A stretch of DNA of 64,000 nucleotides from contig NGBS01000594.1 in NCBI GenBank assembly GCA_002245135.1, positions 1-64,000 on the forward strand. Reading direction: 5' to 3'. Under the pieces are notes generated by a model, which did not search any database, was not told the DNA's origin, and saw only the letters and a list, made by a program, of their open reading frames with translations. Source of the stretch: Proteromonas lacertae. Lineage: Eukaryota. Of the stretch, positions 23,716 through 35,678 are shown piece by piece. Each line of letters begins with the position of its first letter. Position 1 is the stretch's first letter. The translations under genes and the position numbers were made by a program.

Positions 23716-24757
23716 ATTATATATTATTAAAGAAAAGATATTATATAATATTTATATATATAGTCTTATGTGTGCAATAGATATTTTTCCATATAATCAC
23801 CTTTTACAATGAAGGTTATATAAAAACTATAACATTTTTTTATCTCTTTAATAACTTTAGGATTTGTATAGTCACAACCAGCAGTTTCTTTAGTTAATAC
23901 TCCTAAGAATAAGCCATCACCATCTAATCCAAGATCATCATCCTCTACTAAAAATATGAAAAGAAGAACAAGTTAATATGAGCATTCCTTAAAAGAAAAA
24001 CATTGTAATATACTATTTTATCATTCCTTAAAATAGTCATTAAAATTTGATTCATTTAAATGACGTTCTATATTATCAATATATCCTAATTTCATATAAT
24101 TAATTTTATACTTCTTTATAGTTGTGCAATTATAGAAATAATCTCCTTTCTTTTGTTCATCTGTAGTATTATCATTCTTTTTCTTTAATGCTAATGCTAG
24201 TATTATATTATCATATCTTACTCTAACAACAACTATATTATTTAGTATTATCTTATCTTTATAAGAAAATGTATATTGAGTAAATATAAAATAATCTATA
24301 CCACATCCTGGATGATTAATATTGATGAATATATTTCTCCAATAAATATCTCCTCTTTTACCTACTATCAGCAATATAGCTGTTATTTCTATATATACTA
24401 CATGAAATATTATGCCTCTAATAGTATATTGCTACAACACCATTTCTTTTGATTATATTACTATATGCAACTGAGGTAATGTTGTCATGAATGAATAGTC
24501 AAATTTTTGGAATTGTTTATTACATAAAAATAATGTTCTAATTAAATTATTTATAAAAACAATCAAAAATATTATCAACAATTACTTATAAAACGTATTT
24601 CAATATATATCTTATCTCTGAGTAAGTTTTTTAAAACAACTCTTCTATGTTTGGATGTTTATTATCTTCCATAAAATAAAAATAGTGTCAATATTATTAC
24701 AAAATGTCCCTGCACCAAATGTTACCGTGTATATTGCTTATATTCTGATATGGTAAT

Positions 24758-25249
24758 TGTTGTGCGCCGTTGAGCGTTAAGAAGGTTTTTTTCAATTCTA
24801 ATATCATAAACAATAGTTTGTTTTCCAAAATAGTTACGTTGGCCTAATATCTCATAACAATAGTAGACATCGGAATAAAGGTTTTAAATAGAAAAGGAAT
24901 ACCTACTTATTGCATTTACCTGCTTAAAATTTATTTTGAAAAAACAGGCTTGAATGCGGCTTGAATAGATTTTTTATTTTTTCGTTTTTAAGTGTCTTAA
25001 CATCTAAATATGTGTGATTTAATTGCTTAAACTAATGTATTTTTTACTCTAGTAGTGATTGAAGAAAAAAAATTAAAAATAAAATTATAATTGTTTTCAA
25101 TATGTTGGGATAAAATTCAAAAAAATAAATTTCGCAGATGTAGCTTATATGACAAAGTAAGATTATATTTGCATATAACTCGCCATCAAACCACACACTA
25201 TCATTTTAGAATTGAAAAAAGTCTTCTTAACACACAACGGCACACAACA
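24758..25249. mobile_element. Non-autonomous MITE, TGT...ACA termini, ~48-bp imperfect TIRs, 5-bp TSD GTAAT
   Basis: gtaat|tgttgtgcgccgttgagcgttaagaaggttttttcaattcta ... tagaattgaaaaaagtcttcttaacacacaacggcacacaaca|gtaat. TSD at 24753-24757 and 25250-25254. Confidence 0.88.
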
Positions 25250-25736
25250 GTAATGACTACAAGGTAACATTTGGCACAGAGAATACTTATGTATCGTTAT
25301 ACTCATTATAGTTATTACACATAGTTGTGCCTAATTCTTTCCCTATCGTCCATCTATCAAATAATTATATAATAAAGAGAATGATATACTATTACAGTTG
25401 TTGTGCGCAGTTTGTCAGAGTTGGCCGTTTGTCTATCAGACACTTTCAAAACAAACTAAATACACAATTACACTTCTATTAATATAAACAGAAATACAAT
25501 CTTTAATCGACATGATTCTCAAAGCTACAACAAATTAATGTATTTCATATTTCAGTGCCTTCTATAAAAATCATTCATTTCAGTGTGTAGCCAATTACAA
25601 TATATTTTTAACGCTTAGCTTCTTTTGAATAATTTACAAAATTATAATTTATGTGTTGTTTTTTGTTTTATGTAATAGTATCAATGATTATGAAATGATA
25701 CACATAAGTCACAGAAGAAAATTGAGAAGTGAAAAA

Positions 25737-25794
25737 TGTCTCCTAGACAAACGGCGTATTTCTAAATCTTCTCACGCCGTTTGTCTAGGAGACA
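25737..25794. repeat. Perfect 21-bp inverted repeat with 16-nt loop
   Basis: tgtctcctagacaaacggcgt (25737-25757) pairs with acgccgtttgtctaggagaca (25774-25794). Confidence 0.9.
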
Positions 25795-26128
25795 CTTTTG
25801 ATTCTCATATTTCATATATGAGATAATCATAATATATTATTAACAAATATAACAAAATTGAAATCAGAAAATAAGTTGAAACAACATTCAACTCAAATCT
25901 TTTTCCAAAATTGTTTTTTGTTTTATGTGGAAGTGTGTACCTAACAAATACATTGTAATTATATAAAGATACTTTTTAGAATTTTTAAAGAAAATGAAAT
26001 TATTTAAATCTATAAATGTTTTTGTTGTTGTAAATGTAAAACAATTTCGCTTTTTCTTCGTTATTTAAACTTTCTATACCTTCAATTAGATCATCAATGA
26101 AGTATTTTATATTAAAACTTTCTATATT

Positions 26129-28790
26129 TTAAATCTTTGTTATTTCCAAATTATTCAATCTTGCTCCAAGAAAGAATAAACAGTAATATCCACAAGTTGC
26201 AGCATATGTTTGATGAACTTTTGTATCTACTATTTCATATGATTCTAATTCACGATTGCAAGAATAAAAGAGTTGTTTAATATTCTTTATTATTATATTT
26301 CTTGGTTCTTTGTTCATATAAATTGCTAAACTGTCATATATTCTAAACATCATATAGTCATTAGGAACATAATCTACTTCCCATAAACTCCAATGACTTT
26401 GATTTGGATCACATACTGGAAAATAATAAATTCTTTTTTCACTTATCTTTTTTTTATTATCCTTTTGCTTTTCATTTAAAAATACAACACCAGGATCAAT
26501 AACATTCTTATTGTTGTTGGAAATATAATGTAATAAAAACAGGAATTCATCTCCTTTTAGTTGATTGTTAATATTTAAATGACTCACCAATTCTTTATAA
26601 TTTACTTCATATTTCGGTTGTTGATGTTGTCCATAGAATCTTACATGACCAATATCATTATATTCTTTAATTTTCTTTGCAAACAACAAACTATCATGAG
26701 TGTGATCATCATATGTAATTGATGCAACACTAGTATCTTTTCTATTTACCATTTTACATGCATATTTTAAAGTCATTGAATTACGCTCTATCAGAAGGTG
26801 TATATAGGTTTTGAATAGATCAATCATTAGAATAATATCAACATCGCTTATATATGGATGATCTTCAGACATCTTTATCATTATCATTGCAGCAGCCAAT
26901 ATTTCTGTTGCTTCAGGAAAGTTAGTATTAACATTGGTCTTGACAAATACCTTCTGCATAATCATCTTCACCAAATGAATCTATAACTTCGATTGTTTTA
27001 TTATCATGATGAATGATAACAGTGTAATAATTGTTACTATCTTTAGCTCTAATTATGAATGCTTCCATCTCTTTATTCATTATCATTTGTTTATCTTTGC
27101 ATACGTAATAATGTTGATTTAAATTGTATAATTCCAATATGAAATGAATTTCATTTAATCCAAGTTGAATTTTTCCAATACTTTTTATAAATCTTTCAAC
27201 AAATTCCAAGTGATCATTAGTTAATGGATCCTTAATATCTTCTTCAGAAGTTCTAATACCAAATATATCATACACTGCATTCTTCTTTGGATTCATTACA
27301 ATTTGCTGAAGTCTTATTTCATAGGTGTTAATATCCTTTTTCTTAGGATTAGGATGAATCTATTAAATATAAATTATCATCAAATATACTAGTATTCTGT
27401 CTGATGTTTTCTTCATATTTTCTAATAATTCTGATGAAACTTCAAGCTTTATTAAAGGTGTAGATGATACTAATGGAATTTGCATGTTTTCATTTCTATT
27501 CATTAGATAGTAATAATTTAATAATATACACTAAATATTGCTTTTTATTAACTTTATCATCTTTAACTAATGCTAGACTCTTTTCATCTTGGCACATCTT
27601 TCGTTTCACAGCTGTAATAACCACATCTCCATGTTCTGGATTAACTAGTTTATTTCCTAATTTCTTAATGGAATCATCTCTCATTTTGTTATTATAATTG
27701 AAGTTTCTTTCGTCTATATAATCTTGAAACTGTTCTATGATATTTCCATTTTGTGTTATATCTTTTTTGATTCTTTCTTTATAATCTTCTTCTTCTTCCA
27801 TTATTGTTACTTCACTATTACCACCATCATCACTATTATCGCTATCATTACCATCTTCATCTACATCTATAACATTATCAGAACCACCATTATTGCCATT
27901 AACGCCATTAACACCTTCTTCTTCTTCATATTCACTGTCTGCTTTAACTTCTTCGCCATCACTATCATCATTACCATCATTATTATCACCTTATATATTA
28001 GTATAATCTGGTTTAAACTTCTTATTCTGAATCATCAACTCTTTCATGTCCATAAAGAATAAGGATCTTCCTTCACAATTTGTTCTTCTGCATCTATTAT
28101 TATTAATTATTTCTGTTATTCTTTCCAAGTATTCAGTCCAATAAACATCAGGATTATCAACCTTCATAGCTGCTATCTTTTCTTTAATGAATCTATTATA
28201 TCTCTCCACTTTACCATTGCACTGTGGGTGTCTAGGCTTGCTATGCGCAAATATAATACCATATTTACTAAGCATATCTTTCATTAAAGCATTTTTGAAT
28301 TCTTTACCATTATCCATCTGTATAATTTCAGGAGGACCAAAGATTCTTATAAAAGATTGTACATTTTTCACTGTTTCTTTATCTGTTTTGCGTTTCTGGG
28401 CATATAACATGATAAAATTAAAGTAATGGTCGATGACAGTTAAGATATAATGGTAGAGATCTTCTTCTTTTATGTTCGTGTAATCTTCATTACAATTGTC
28501 CATTTCTACAAGATCAATCAATACTCTTTCTCTAGGTCTTGTAACAACAATAGGATGTGTTGGTTGTACTCTTTTAGCCTCCTTAAGTTTAATACAATCA
28601 TAGCAGGTTGTCAAATAAGCTCTAATCATCTTTCTGTTAATACCATAATAACCATGAACTGGATCATTTATTTTGAGCATCCAAAAGATATGATATTGGA
28701 ATACCACAAACTAAATATTTTCTTCTAAACTTTTATTGCTCATGCCCATGTTTTTTTATGTATAGAAACCGCATATCTAAATTATCCCAT
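26129..28790 (-). pseudogene. Ginger-type transposase: HHCC zinc finger + rve integrase + acidic linker + Ulp1/C48 cysteine protease, disrupted
   Basis: YLTTCYDC, VLIDLVEM, IQMDNGKEF and HPQCNGKVERYN (DDE). The frame continues through a TAA at 27991 into 27801-27496. A 30-nt intron lies at 27360-27389. C-terminal SHWSL/IYDSL/HQTYAATCGYYCL is the Ulp1 H-D-Q-C signature. Confidence 0.78.
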
Positions 28791-28958
28791 TTAAAAATTT
28801 CGCTTTCTTTAACAATATTTAATTTGTTAATTGATTTATATATATATATCTGAATCTTCTTCTTCATTATTATTATTATCTTTTTCTCTGTATCATTCTC
28901 CTCTTCTTTACAAGATTAATAATAATAATAATAATAATAATATAAAGTGAAAAAAAAT

Positions 28959-29189
28959 TTAAATAGTCATTTTCCTTTGTTTAGTGATTTCAATAAGAGA
29001 CTGAATATCCTTAAGTGTCTTATCATGTTCTAACCCTTTATTCATTATGGCATCTATATTATTTCTAAGTTCTTCTATGTCCGTATTGTTTGGAATACAA
29101 TTGTGTGCCTTTAAGTATTTGAAAAGAGCCAAAGCTATCATATACAATACAAATACGAGAATCTTATATAAGAAAACAAAATTAATCAA
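28959..29189 (-). CDS. Small putative membrane protein
   Basis: Hydrophobic N-terminus followed by a short coiled coil. Downstream of the pPolB-like gene. Confidence 0.3.
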   Translation of the reverse strand: MINFVFLYKILVFVLYMIALALFKYLKAHNCIPNNTDIEELRNNIDAIMNKGLEHDKTLKDIQSLIEITKQRKMTI

Positions 29190-29214
29190 AGTAATGTATT
29201 TATTATCAATAAAC

Positions 29215-30635
29215 TAACTTACAAGACATTGGTTATTATGAATATATTCATCCTTAATGGATCTTGGTGATATTGGAGATAAGTCATAATCTGTGAGATT
29301 GACATTGTCATTGTCATTTTCAAGCTTGACATGATTCATATTAATAATGCTATCTAATAATTAATAAGTTTTTTCAAAAGATGGGTTTCTTTTCTCCTTA
29401 ATCTTGTTAACACACTCAAGAAATATTTTAGGTGTAATACGCACAGTCTCATCTACATCAGAAATACCTAATCTTTGAATTAATTTCTCTTTACTCTCAT
29501 CCCACCAACATCCATGTTTGAATCTATATTCCAAGTCTAATCTATACTGTTCATCGACGTATTTGAGTATATATCTGATCTCACTATAAGTTAGTTCATC
29601 TTCCTCTTAATCAATTGCAAATACTTTTATGTTTAAATCATAAGTTTGCTCTACTTTATCTATATCAGGATTATTAACAGGAGCTACTGGTATTGTAATA
29701 AAATCGTTACTAGGTTGTATTTGAGGTAAATGTTGCTTTTTTAAACATGAATTAATTGCTCTCCAAAAACAATCCATATTATCATTATCCTTATTTTCAC
29801 AAGGATCTAAACAATACTTATTATTAAATATATCAGGAATATGATAATTTCCTCCTGCTCCTGCCATAATTTGGTATTGATTAATATGAGTTTCCATTAA
29901 ATCCATATATTGGAATATTAAACCAGATTCTGGAGGAGAAAAGTCATCCTCATTAATAGAATGAAATAAGGAACGCATCTTTGCTGCTACTGATGCAGGA
30001 TTATCATGTTCTTTTATTAAAATATTTCTTGTATTATGAAATAAGGATACTTCCTCACTTGATTCATCTTACAAAGAAGCATAAACATACCAAAATACAA
30101 AGTATACTTTAATATTTTTCATTTCATGTGGTATTTCACTTATTCTTAAAGCAACATCTGTGTTATCAACAATGAAATTATAATAATCTTCAGGAGTAAG
30201 AAGATGAATATCCTTTAAATTAGTAACGTACTTCCTTGTTACTCCTTCAGAGGATTGTCTTTCTAATTCATACCTTTTTATTCTTTCCTCTAAATTTCCT
30301 CTTGGAGGATGAATTCTATCATCATCCATATCATCATCTCCTCCACCAAAATACATTCCATAATCAGGATTTATAATATGTACTCGAGGATTATTATTTA
30401 AATTCCTCATATAGGAGGTTTCACTTATTTTCCTTCTTTTACTAGTTGCATTAATGAAATATTGGGAAGTGCAATCCTCATTTTCTAGCATCTTTTCTAA
30501 TAAATGAGTTTTTGCATTTAAAGCATATTTTTTCTGCTTATCAGTATTCTTCCTTTTATTCATCATTTTATACTTATAAAAATTCAAAACTAAAAAGAAA
30601 ATAAAAAATGAATATACTTTAGAATAATTGGTCAA
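29215..30635 (-). pseudogene. Polinton-type pPolB N-terminal-like module with in-frame stops
   Basis: 30069-30635 and 29607-29978 are in the same frame. AGGNYHIPDIFNNKYCLDPCENKDNDNMDCFWRAI...DIDKVEQTYDLNIKVFAI matches the motif in 3957-4724. Confidence 0.6.
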
Positions 30636-30774
30636 TTAATATAATTGGTCAAATACAAACGTATACTAAATTTTGATTGGATAATTAAAAATCTACTTAA
30701 AAATCGTTACTTTTTTTATTTGCAATTTTCTTGCTATTTTTATCTATTATTAAAAATTTAACTTCTAAAAAATC

Positions 30775-31698
30775 ATGAGTTCTGGTAAAAAATACTTTAT
30801 TTCTAAAAAGTATGTAGAAGAGGAGGCTGAGGAGGATAACTCTACTATAACTAGTGATGAAGATGATTTAGAAAATTGTGAAACTGAACCAGTACCACAA
30901 AGTGAATATGAAAAGCCTTATATTAAGGATTATGAGAGATGGTGTAAGGAAAACAATGTTGATGAAATGGAAAGTAATCCTGAACCAAAGTATGAAGCTG
31001 AATTAGTGAGGAAAATCACGGGTGATAAACAAATGTTAGAAATGGGAAATATTCCTAAGTTAGAATCTGCAAGAGGATTAGTGAGTGATTACCTTCCTCC
31101 TCATTTAAATAGATGGTTAACTTTTATTGGACATGTATCTGAGATGATATTAGAAAAACCAAAAGAGGATCAGGAAGGATATTATTCTGTGAAGTTTACT
31201 AATGTTCAAGTAGCTAGGTTTGCAGGAAAGGATTGTGATGCTAGTGAATGGATAAAGTTAAAATCCTCTTGGTTATATGATATAGCTGATTATTTGAAAA
31301 CCTCTAAACATTTGGAGCATAGTATTGAAGTTGTCCTCAATTTATACAGGATCTTCATTTGGAAGAATGATGATAGACATAATCTTGTAGGAAATGATAA
31401 AACAGTATATGAGGATTGGACTGTTATGGAGGATAAGGATGTTGTTGTTCCTGTAGTAGCTTTAAAATATACCATCAAGAATAATACATGCTTTGTTAAT
31501 TTATTCATTGATGGAGATATTATGATTGTAAGTGAGGATTATGTTAAAGAAAAAGTTAAGGATAAGGTTGAGGAAAAAGAGGAAAAGAAGTTTAGTACTC
31601 CTAAAAGAAAAAGAGAAAGGTCCTTAAGTCCTCCAGTAGTGAAGAGAAGTAACATAGGAGGATTAACCATAAAGAAGGATCATAAGCATAAAAAGTAA
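30775..31698 (+). CDS. Virus-associated hypothetical protein (acidic N-terminus, basic NLS-like C-terminus)
   Basis: Intact 307-aa ORF between the pPolB-like gene and the integrase. Contains PKRKRER. Confidence 0.55.
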   Translation: MSSGKKYFISKKYVEEEAEEDNSTITSDEDDLENCETEPVPQSEYEKPYIKDYERWCKENNVDEMESNPEPKYEAELVRKITGDKQMLEMGNIPKLESARGLVSDYLPPHLNRWLTFIGHVSEMILEKPKEDQEGYYSVKFTNVQVARFAGKDCDASEWIKLKSSWLYDIADYLKTSKHLEHSIEVVLNLYRIFIWKNDDRHNLVGNDKTVYEDWTVMEDKDVVVPVVALKYTIKNNTCFVNLFIDGDIMIVSEDYVKEKVKDKVEEKEEKKFSTPKRKRERSLSPPVVKRSNIGGLTIKKDHKHKK

Positions 31699-31751
31699 TT
31701 AAAAAGATAATTATCATTAATTCCTTACTATATTCTTATTTTTGTTTTTCT

Positions 31752-33037
31752 ATGGATATTCCAAAAAAGACTTTACCAGAACTATATTTACAATACAACT
31801 ATTTATCTGCTAAAGATTTCATCAATATTTGCACTCACTATGGTTATAGCGAAGATGAAGCTAAGACTTTTGTATATTCTTCTCCAAGATATCAGTTAGC
31901 ATCAAAAAGAGTTCGTCCTAAAAAATTAAGGTATACTACTATTAAAGTACCAGGTACTTTTATGATTGATTTTGCATTCTTTCAAGGAAATGATGGTCCT
32001 CCATCCTTATTTATTATTAATGTTGTATCGAGGAAAGTATGGGTTTATACTTTAGCAAGTAGAAGTGGTTTAGCTTTTGCAGAAGCTTTTACAAAGTTTG
32101 TATTTCAGAATAGGGTAAAAGGAATTTTAGTGGGAGAGGAGGAATATATGATTTTCATTGCTTCTATCATTTGTGATAGAGAAGGAGTATTTATAAGTAA
32201 TGAATTTCAAAATTTCTGTAAAAAGTATAAAATAAAGATACATTATAAAGATACAGATGAGCATAATATCATGGGTATTTTAGATAGAGCAGTTAGAACA
32301 ATAAAGGATCTTATTTATTATAGAGGAAGCACATATGATCAAAAGAATTTAATAAAAACACAAGCTGATTTAAATAATTTTATCCAAATGATTGTAAAGG
32401 ATTACAACAATACTCCTCATTCAGGAATTAAAGGATATACACCAAATGAAGTATATGATGATATGAGTCTACAATATAATTCCTCCATGAATCGAGGAAT
32501 TATAATAGAAATCTTAAAGCCAAAAAAGGATCTCCGTTTAATGTTGGAGATAAAGTAAGAGTTAAAGAAAGAGCAAAATCAAAATTAGATAAATCTCATA
32601 GGTATAGTGATCAAGTATATACGATAAAGAGGAAAAATCCTTTTTCATATGATATTGATGTATATGATGATGAAGGAAGAATAACTACCAAAAGATCTAA
32701 GGAGTTTGAATTACTAAATGTATCAGATACACATCCATCCTTTGCTAAACAGAATGAACAGTATTACAGAACAATAGGAAAGGAAATGCAACAGTATACA
32801 AGAGATCTTGATTATGTTCCTCCTGGTGTAGTTGTTAATGATAAACCTCAATTACAACCTGTTGCTGAAACAGTTCCTGTTAATCCTGCAGAACAAGCAG
32901 TGCAAGATTATAAGGATAATAATGCTGCACTTGATTTTGTTAATAAAGTTAGAAGGACAAGATCAGGAAGGATAAGTAGACCTAATCCTTTATACTCACG
33001 TAGTTTATATTTTTATGCTTTTTTGTTTTCCCAATAA
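31752..33037 (+). pseudogene. Polinton/virophage-type rve integrase with C-terminal SH3-like domain; one frameshift near 32490
   Basis: FMIDFAFF, IICDREGVF, GILDRAVRTIK and YNNTPHSGI..TPNEV. The shifted frame gives FNVGDKVRV...RYSDQVYTI and runs into ORF 32786-33037. Confidence 0.85.
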
Positions 33038-33060
33038 ATAAAACTCATAATAAGAAATAT

Positions 33061-33761
33061 TACTTAAAAATTATCTCCATAATAAGTATTTCCTGTTTTT
33101 AAAATTTGAGATTGCCTTGGGATATTAAAAGGTTTACAATATGGCATACCCTTAAAACTAAAATCTTTATGATTTACAACGCCGTTATATTGAGGTTTTT
33201 CAGAGAAGTAAATTCCTTTAACATTTTTAGTATCGTTTTCTACAACTGTTAAAGTAAATACTAATCGTTTTTGATATACTGAAAATAAGAATCAAATTTA
33301 CTTTTATATAAATCATTAGGTATTTGCCATGACATTTGTGGATTATTATACATGTAAAAATCAATACTATCAAAATCTGTAGATTGAAAAGATACATATT
33401 GATCTGCTAATATTGTCATCATAATATAATTATTATAAAAATCTAATTGTATAGGAAACATTTTTTCTCCTACCATATTATTACCTTTAATAATTACCAT
33501 ATCTATAGTAATAAATTGAGTACCAAGTTTCCAAGGAAATCCTACTTTTAATTTAGTAAATAGTACATTCTCGTAAATTGTTAATATACCATTAACAGCA
33601 GCATTGAGATCTGTTTTTTTAGCAACATCTTTAATATCCTCCTTGCTAGCCAATGTTTGAATATCAGGCATATTAATAAGGATATCTTCTGCAGCATCTT
33701 GCACTTCCTCTCTAATTGTTTCGATTATTTTTTGAATGTTATTTATGTTATTACCCAACAT
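33061..33761 (-). pseudogene. Virus-associated hypothetical protein, homologue of 19546-20349
   Basis: IQLDFYNNYIMMTIL resembles KIEMFENFMKIKLY. The tail KGMPYCKPFNIPRQ resembles NGYPHQDYLAIPRQ. Internal stop at 33261. Confidence 0.5.
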
Positions 33762-33789
33762 TACAAAGAAAAATGTAAATGAATTAAAA

Positions 33790-34546
33790 GTTATTTTTCT
33801 TCCAATACTTTATCAAAATTTATCCTGAATTCGGATTTAGCTCTATCTATATAGAGGAAAGCATAAGGAGATGAATTAACTACTGCATTATACACTTTCT
33901 TAAAATCCTCAAAAGAATCTGGCCATAACTCCAAGGATTCTTATAAACTCCTTAAATTATCTTCAGTTAAACCTTTAAAGACTAAACAGTAATCAATTTG
34001 TAATCTGGCTTGAGGAGATAAATCAGTTATATACTGAGAACTAAATATTGTTTTGGACTTATAATGCCTATTGTGTTTAGTAATTGTATTAATAATAGGC
34101 ATCTTTAATTCAGAGGAAATATCATCAAATATAAAAATATTTTCAGGATAGGTCATATTACTCTTATCCACAGGATCCAAATCCTTCATCACCTTTTGTA
34201 AATTGTTATATCCTTCTTCTTCATTTATTAAAGAATCATATTTTTCATAGTATATACCATTATACTTTAACAACTGAAATATCTTTTCATATATAATATC
34301 ATTGTCCAATGTACTTACAAAAAAGAATACCTTTTGTTCTTCCTCAGAGGATAAGATGTTTTTCAAAATGTTATAGATTAAAGTTGTCTTACCTGATTTC
34401 TTTTTTGCTACAATAAATATATTGCTGAAAGGTTCCTCAAAGTACTCATAACCTAAAACACTCTTCGATGGCTTCTTTCTTTTCTTTGGTTTTTCCAAAG
34501 GTTCTACAGATAAGTTATTTATTATTTTAATATGATACATACACAA
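33790..34546 (-). CDS. A32/FtsK-like DNA packaging ATPase (premature stop at 33941)
   Basis: IFIVAKKKSGKTTLIYNIL, IFIFDDIS and KHNRHYKSKTIFSSQY. Downstream tail SPYAFLYID...FRINFDK. Confidence 0.88.
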
Positions 34547-34583
34547 AACAAAAGAAAAAAGAAAATGAAATATTTTAATGGAA

Positions 34584-35073
34584 TTATCTTATGCGTCTAG
34601 TTCTTCTTCTCCTTGATCATCCTCTTCTTCTTCTTCTTCTTATACCTAAACCTACTTTGCTTAAAGATTTAGATGCTATATTAGCAACTGTACTCCAAGG
34701 CTTTAAGACTGAATTAGCTATCTTAATTCCATTACTTAATACTTTATGATCATGCATGTATTTTCCTATCTTTTTAATAGTATCACCTAAACCTTTTCCT
34801 TTTCTTGGATGACCATATGAAATAGGATCACTTCCTTTAAAAGATCCTCCTCTTACTCTGCAACGTCTTCTTCTTCTTCTTCTGCCATATCCTTGTTTCT
34901 CAATAACATGAGAAATAGCATTGCCAGCATATGGTATTAACTTTGCTATTCCGCTTAAAATACCTTTTCCTTTTAACCAATTTCCTCCTCTGTACCTTCT
35001 TCTTCGTCCTCTTCTTCTTTTTTTTACTCGATGTGGCTTAAGATCCTTTTAATTTAAATGAGTATAACCCCAT
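34584..35073 (-). pseudogene. Arg-rich core/membrane-active precursor (adenovirus pX/pVI-like), not in the ORF track
   Basis: Manual translation: KPHRVKKRRRGRRRRYRGGNWLKGKGILSGIAKLIPYAGNAISHVIEKQGYGRRRRRRCRVRGG...RKGKGLGDTIKKIGKY...SKVGLGIRRRRRG*SRRRRTRRIR. Confidence 0.68.
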
Positions 35074-35602
35074 ATTAAAAAACATTGAGAAATATAAAAA
35101 TGACTTACAATTTAAAACAGTCAATAATGCTTATTTGTTTCAAAAGTTATTATCAAAGCAAACATCAATGGATCAATGGTATGATAAAGGTAGTTATTTA
35201 AAACATATCAAAATCCTTTCATTGATAAATTAAAGATCAAATGGAAAGGTAGAAGATGAATAAAATGAATTCAACTTATAGATTAAATGAAAAATAACAA
35301 GAAAAAGTATGAATCACTGGAAGATAATTATTTGGAGTTAAATAAGATTCCTTTATACAAAGATCTAGTACAATTTTTTTATCTCTATACAAAGATCTGA
35401 AGTTATTTATTAAAATTTAGTAGTTAAATTTACATTGAATTATTTATTTATAGAGATAATCAAATTTTGAACAAATTTAGGGGTAAAATTTTTCATATTT
35501 ACAGTACATATAAGTAGTAGTAATCGAATATATAATAATGTTACATATGTTGACGTAATAGGTGATATCGGCACAAGTTATATATATATCATTTTTACTC
35601 TC

Positions 35603-35678
35603 TATAACTAAGATAAAAATGATATTAGTTTGTTTTAAAAGTCATTGTATGATGAAATCGGCTCAACGGCGCACAACA
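35603..35678. repeat. Right end of the TGT...ACA transposon family
   Basis: tataactaagataaaaatgatattag...cggctcaacggcgcacaaca aligns with 5095-5185. Confidence 0.75.

Noticed and set aside
24021..24490. Possible WD40-like gene fragment
   Set aside because: Multiple stops and no convincing motif, so it cannot be assigned.
26129..27296. Cysteine protease as the viral maturation protease
   Set aside because: It is Ulp1-like and continuous with the Ginger-type integrase reading frame via an intron, so it is better explained as a transposase accessory domain.
16763..30635. Many in-frame TAA/TAG stops with open frames on both sides in viral genes, suggesting a reassigned genetic code
   Set aside because: The stops in the 18872 ATPase align with K and roughly E in its paralogue (AAG>TAG, GAA>TAA point mutations). 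The same genes carry frameshifts, and host genes end normally in TAA/TAG. This is pseudogenisation.
25399..35678. One 10-kb composite transposon carrying provirus B between TGT...ACA ends
   Set aside because: The flanks (acagt vs ctatc) show no target-site duplication, and the two ends belong to different subfamilies.
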